Below, piece by piece: positions 61,154 through 64,000 of a DNA stretch of 64,000 nucleotides (positions within the stretch are counted from its first letter, which is position 1; every line of letters begins with the position of its first letter). The translations under genes were made by a program, and so were the position numbers. The notes below the pieces were generated by a model. It did no database searches, was not told the DNA's origin, and saw nothing but the letters and a program-made list of their open reading frames with translations. This stretch comes from Balamuthia mandrillaris (lineage: Eukaryota). The stretch spans positions 62,001 to 126,000 of the forward strand of contig JAVKOQ020000012.1 of NCBI GenBank assembly GCA_031835245.2, in the 5' to 3' direction.

Positions 61154-61592
61154 GTCTATGTTTTGTTTTTTTGTCTATTTGTTGTTGACGTTCAGTATTT
61201 GCAGCAAAGTACTTACGTTTGTTTGTTATCTTTTGTGTGCAGTCTCCGCGAACGCTTGATACATTGCCGGTCCACACCTCCTTTGCGTTTGCTTGTGCCC
61301 ACGATCGCTACAAAGCAGATCCTGCCCACAAACAAATGCAAGGACTTTTCTCTTTGTTTCTTGTTGAACCACCAAAAAAAACCTCTTCTATCAGACACCA
61401 CTATGTTAAAAGTTGGGAGGGACAAAAGAGAGAAAGGGAGGAAATAGCAGCAATTGTGGAGGGCAAAAGAGACAAGGAAACAAGGCACAAAAAATAAAGA
61501 GGAGTAAGAGAGGGCTGCTGCTGTCTTTCGTTCGTTTGAGTTGGTTTTTTTGTTTTTGGATAGTAAAGTTAAAAAATGCGTTCTTTGTTTTT

Positions 61593-63380
61593 TTACCAGA
61601 AGAGGTCGGCAAGGTCTTGTTGCTCTTTGAGGAAGATCTCAAAGTACTGGTAGATGATGGTGACGGCGAGCAAGATACCAGTGCCAGAGCCGATGGCTCC
61701 CATGAAGTCAGCAAGCACGGACAAGGCTCCAATACAGAGTCCTCCAAAGGCAGCAGCGGTGGGGATGTAACGGTTGAGCTCCTTTACCAGAGAGCTGTCC
61801 CTGTGGCCCTTCATGATCATCTGCTGCTCACGGAGCTGCTTGGCCACGTCCTTGGCGGAGGAGCCAGAGACCTCAATCCAGGTCTTAGAGAAGAGGGCGC
61901 AGGCGGTAAGCACAAAGGTGAGGTAGAAGATGGCGTGGAAGGGATCGTAGAGGATCTCGGCCAGGTTGGCAGGAGGGGAGACGTAGTAGGCAAGACCTCC
62001 CACCGGGATGGATTGTTGGGAGTAAGGGCTGTCCTGCCATTGGCCCAAAAGGCTGACGAGGAGGTTGTTAGGGAACCTGCGGTAGAGCAGCTGGGACAGG
62101 AAGTACAAGTTGGAGACGAGGGCGGTCTGCAGGATGATAGGGATGTTGGAAGTGTAGAAGAGCTTGATGGGGTAGGTGCCAGGACCGCTGCGTTGGCGTT
62201 GGTACTTGACGGGGAGGTCCACACGGAAGCCCTGGAAGTAGATGACAATGGTGAAGACCAAGACGGTGGCCAACAAGTTGGTCACGTTGGGAAGACCCTG
62301 CCTGTAGAAGGCCTCCTTCAGGGCTCTGACCTTATCGGTCCTGGTGATCAAGAGGTGCACCATGGCGATCAAAGCTCCCTCAAACTCAGTTCCACGGCCC
62401 GTGTTGACCGTGGTGGGACTGAGAGCCTTCCACACAATGTTCTCGCAAATGTTGGTGGCAATGAAAAGAGAGATACCGCTGCCAAGACCGTAGCCCTTTT
62501 GCAAGAGCTCATCCAAACAGATGACGAGCACACCAGAGATGAAGAGCTGGATGATAATCATCAGGGCATTACCAGCTCCGAGATCGGCCAAGTCTCCGTA
62601 CATTCCGGACCACACGTAGGCCATAGACTGACCAATGGTGATGATCATACCAAACACTGCATTTTTTTATGAGAAAACGTAAGAAGAAAGTAGAAGTGAG
62701 AGGAGAGTTCAGGCGCCAGCGGGGGGAAGGCGTACACTTTTGAGCGCCTCCGAAAAGAGCTCTGTCTTCCTTGAGGCTTTGATCGACTTCGATGATGTGA
62801 CTGCCAGCGAGGAGCTGCATCACAAGGCCAGAGGTAACAATGGGGGAAATACCGAGCTCCATCAAGGTACCCCTGTTCGAGGCCAAGATGACACGCATCC
62901 AGTAGAACGGATCGGAAGAGTCACTGGACTTGATGCCATAGAGAGGAATCTGACAGCAAACCAAAAAGAGAAACAGGGTCACTGCGGTCCACAACACTTT
63001 CTCCCTGAAGGGAACCTATTGATCAAAAAACGCGCACAAGGGGAAGCAACGGGTGAGAAAAAGATCAAGGGGGGATAAGATTGAAAACGGAGAGTCGCAC
63101 CTTCTTCTCAGGTTGGGCAACCTCGGGCAAGACGCCCATAAAAGGCCGCACAAGCGTCAAAAAGCGCACTGATTTGAGGGAAAAGACAGATTTTTTTGAA
63201 CTCGGTCAGTGAGAAACAAAAATCAAAAAATCAAACGAGAACTCGAAACACAACAGAAAACTAAAAGAAAGCAAAGAAAGAAAGAAAGAAAGATTTCTTT
63301 TTCTCCAGCGTCACTGCACAAAAACAAAAATAAAAAAACAGGGAACAATCCCAAGCAAACGCACCTCCTTTGGAACTCAT
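61593..63380 (-). CDS. SEC61A: Protein transport protein Sec61 subunit alpha; 4 exons
   Basis: [73 protein letters not shown]. Confidence 0.98.
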
Positions 63381-64000
63381 GCTGTTGTGATATGTGTGTG
63401 TTTAGTTTGTGCAATCCCTCCAATCAGGCCAAAAAAAAATAATAATAATCTACTTTGCTCGTGTGCACGCGACAAAGTAGCAGCAAAAGCGGGTTTGTTG
63501 CTTGTTTACACTCCCTGCTGGAACAGAGAGAGAGAGAAAGAGGAGGGGGAGAAAAAAAAGTGTTTGAGTGTGTGTTTGGTTTTTTGTACCGAGAAAGAAA
63601 AGAAAAGAAATAGGCAAACCCAACAACAACACGAAAAAAAAAAAAGGGAAAACGAGGAGAGCCCAGAGCCCACAGAGAGGAGTGACAAGACAGCACACAG
63701 CACGCTACGCAAAAAAGAAAGAAAATAGACAAAAAGTTCGCTCGAAAAGAAATCGAAAATAGGCCAACAAAAGGAAATTGGGGGGACCACGTCAGCCGGT
63801 TTGACCGCGTTGACTGCAGGGCTTGAGGGGTGGGCGGTTTGTTGGAAGGTCGCCATTGGCCGCTGAAAATTTTCAAACCTCGGTGTTTGAATTGTGATTG
63901 GACCTGGGGTTCGTTTCGAACAATTTTTGTTTGTTTCCCGTCTCGATTGTTTTCTGCGTTACTTTCTTTGGATTTTCTCTCCGCTCTTCTTCGCACCGAG

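Larger units (their letters stand above)
60385..61330 (+). ncRNA. Non-coding snoRNA host gene with at least 3 introns (ends approximate)
   Basis: Donors GTGCGT 60455, GTTAGT 60749, GTGCGC 61028; acceptors CAG ending 60685, 60962, 61242; tiny exons; spliced ORF is ATG GAA TAA; one C/D unit per intron. Confidence 0.72.

Overview
Gene-dense eukaryotic nuclear DNA, not prokaryotic, so the raw ORF track is fragmented by short GT-AG introns and inflated by microsatellite and antisense ORFs. Gene content (a Pats1-like Roco kinase) and intron style suggest an amoebozoan such as a Balamuthia/Acanthamoeba relative (inference). I can support about 19 protein-coding genes: AMFR-like E3, UFSP2, 2OG-Fe(II) oxygenase, LONRF, PARP-like ART, Roco kinase, coiled-coil membrane protein, TBC1D23, FKBP-TPR, PH protein, AOC/dirigent-like protein, pseudo-OTU/LRR protein, VWA-dCache class C GPCR, SUV3, BAP18-like, HMG-box/DUF6939-like fusion, CH-domain repeat protein, RhoGEF and Sec61-alpha. 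Highlights: (1) a non-coding host gene with three intronic box C/D snoRNAs at 60.4-61.3 kb; (2) an alpha2delta/CACHD1-like ectodomain with an intact amino-acid-binding motif fused to a class C GPCR 7TM; (3) an HMG-box fused to a bacterial-type DUF6939/NADAR-like domain; (4) a sharp AT-rich, CpG-poor island crossing two genes; (5) a 38-aa tandem repeat CH protein; (6) a 1-nt frameshift in the PARP catalytic domain. CDS coordinates are gene spans including introns, read by eye; family calls rest on recalled motifs, not database searches.
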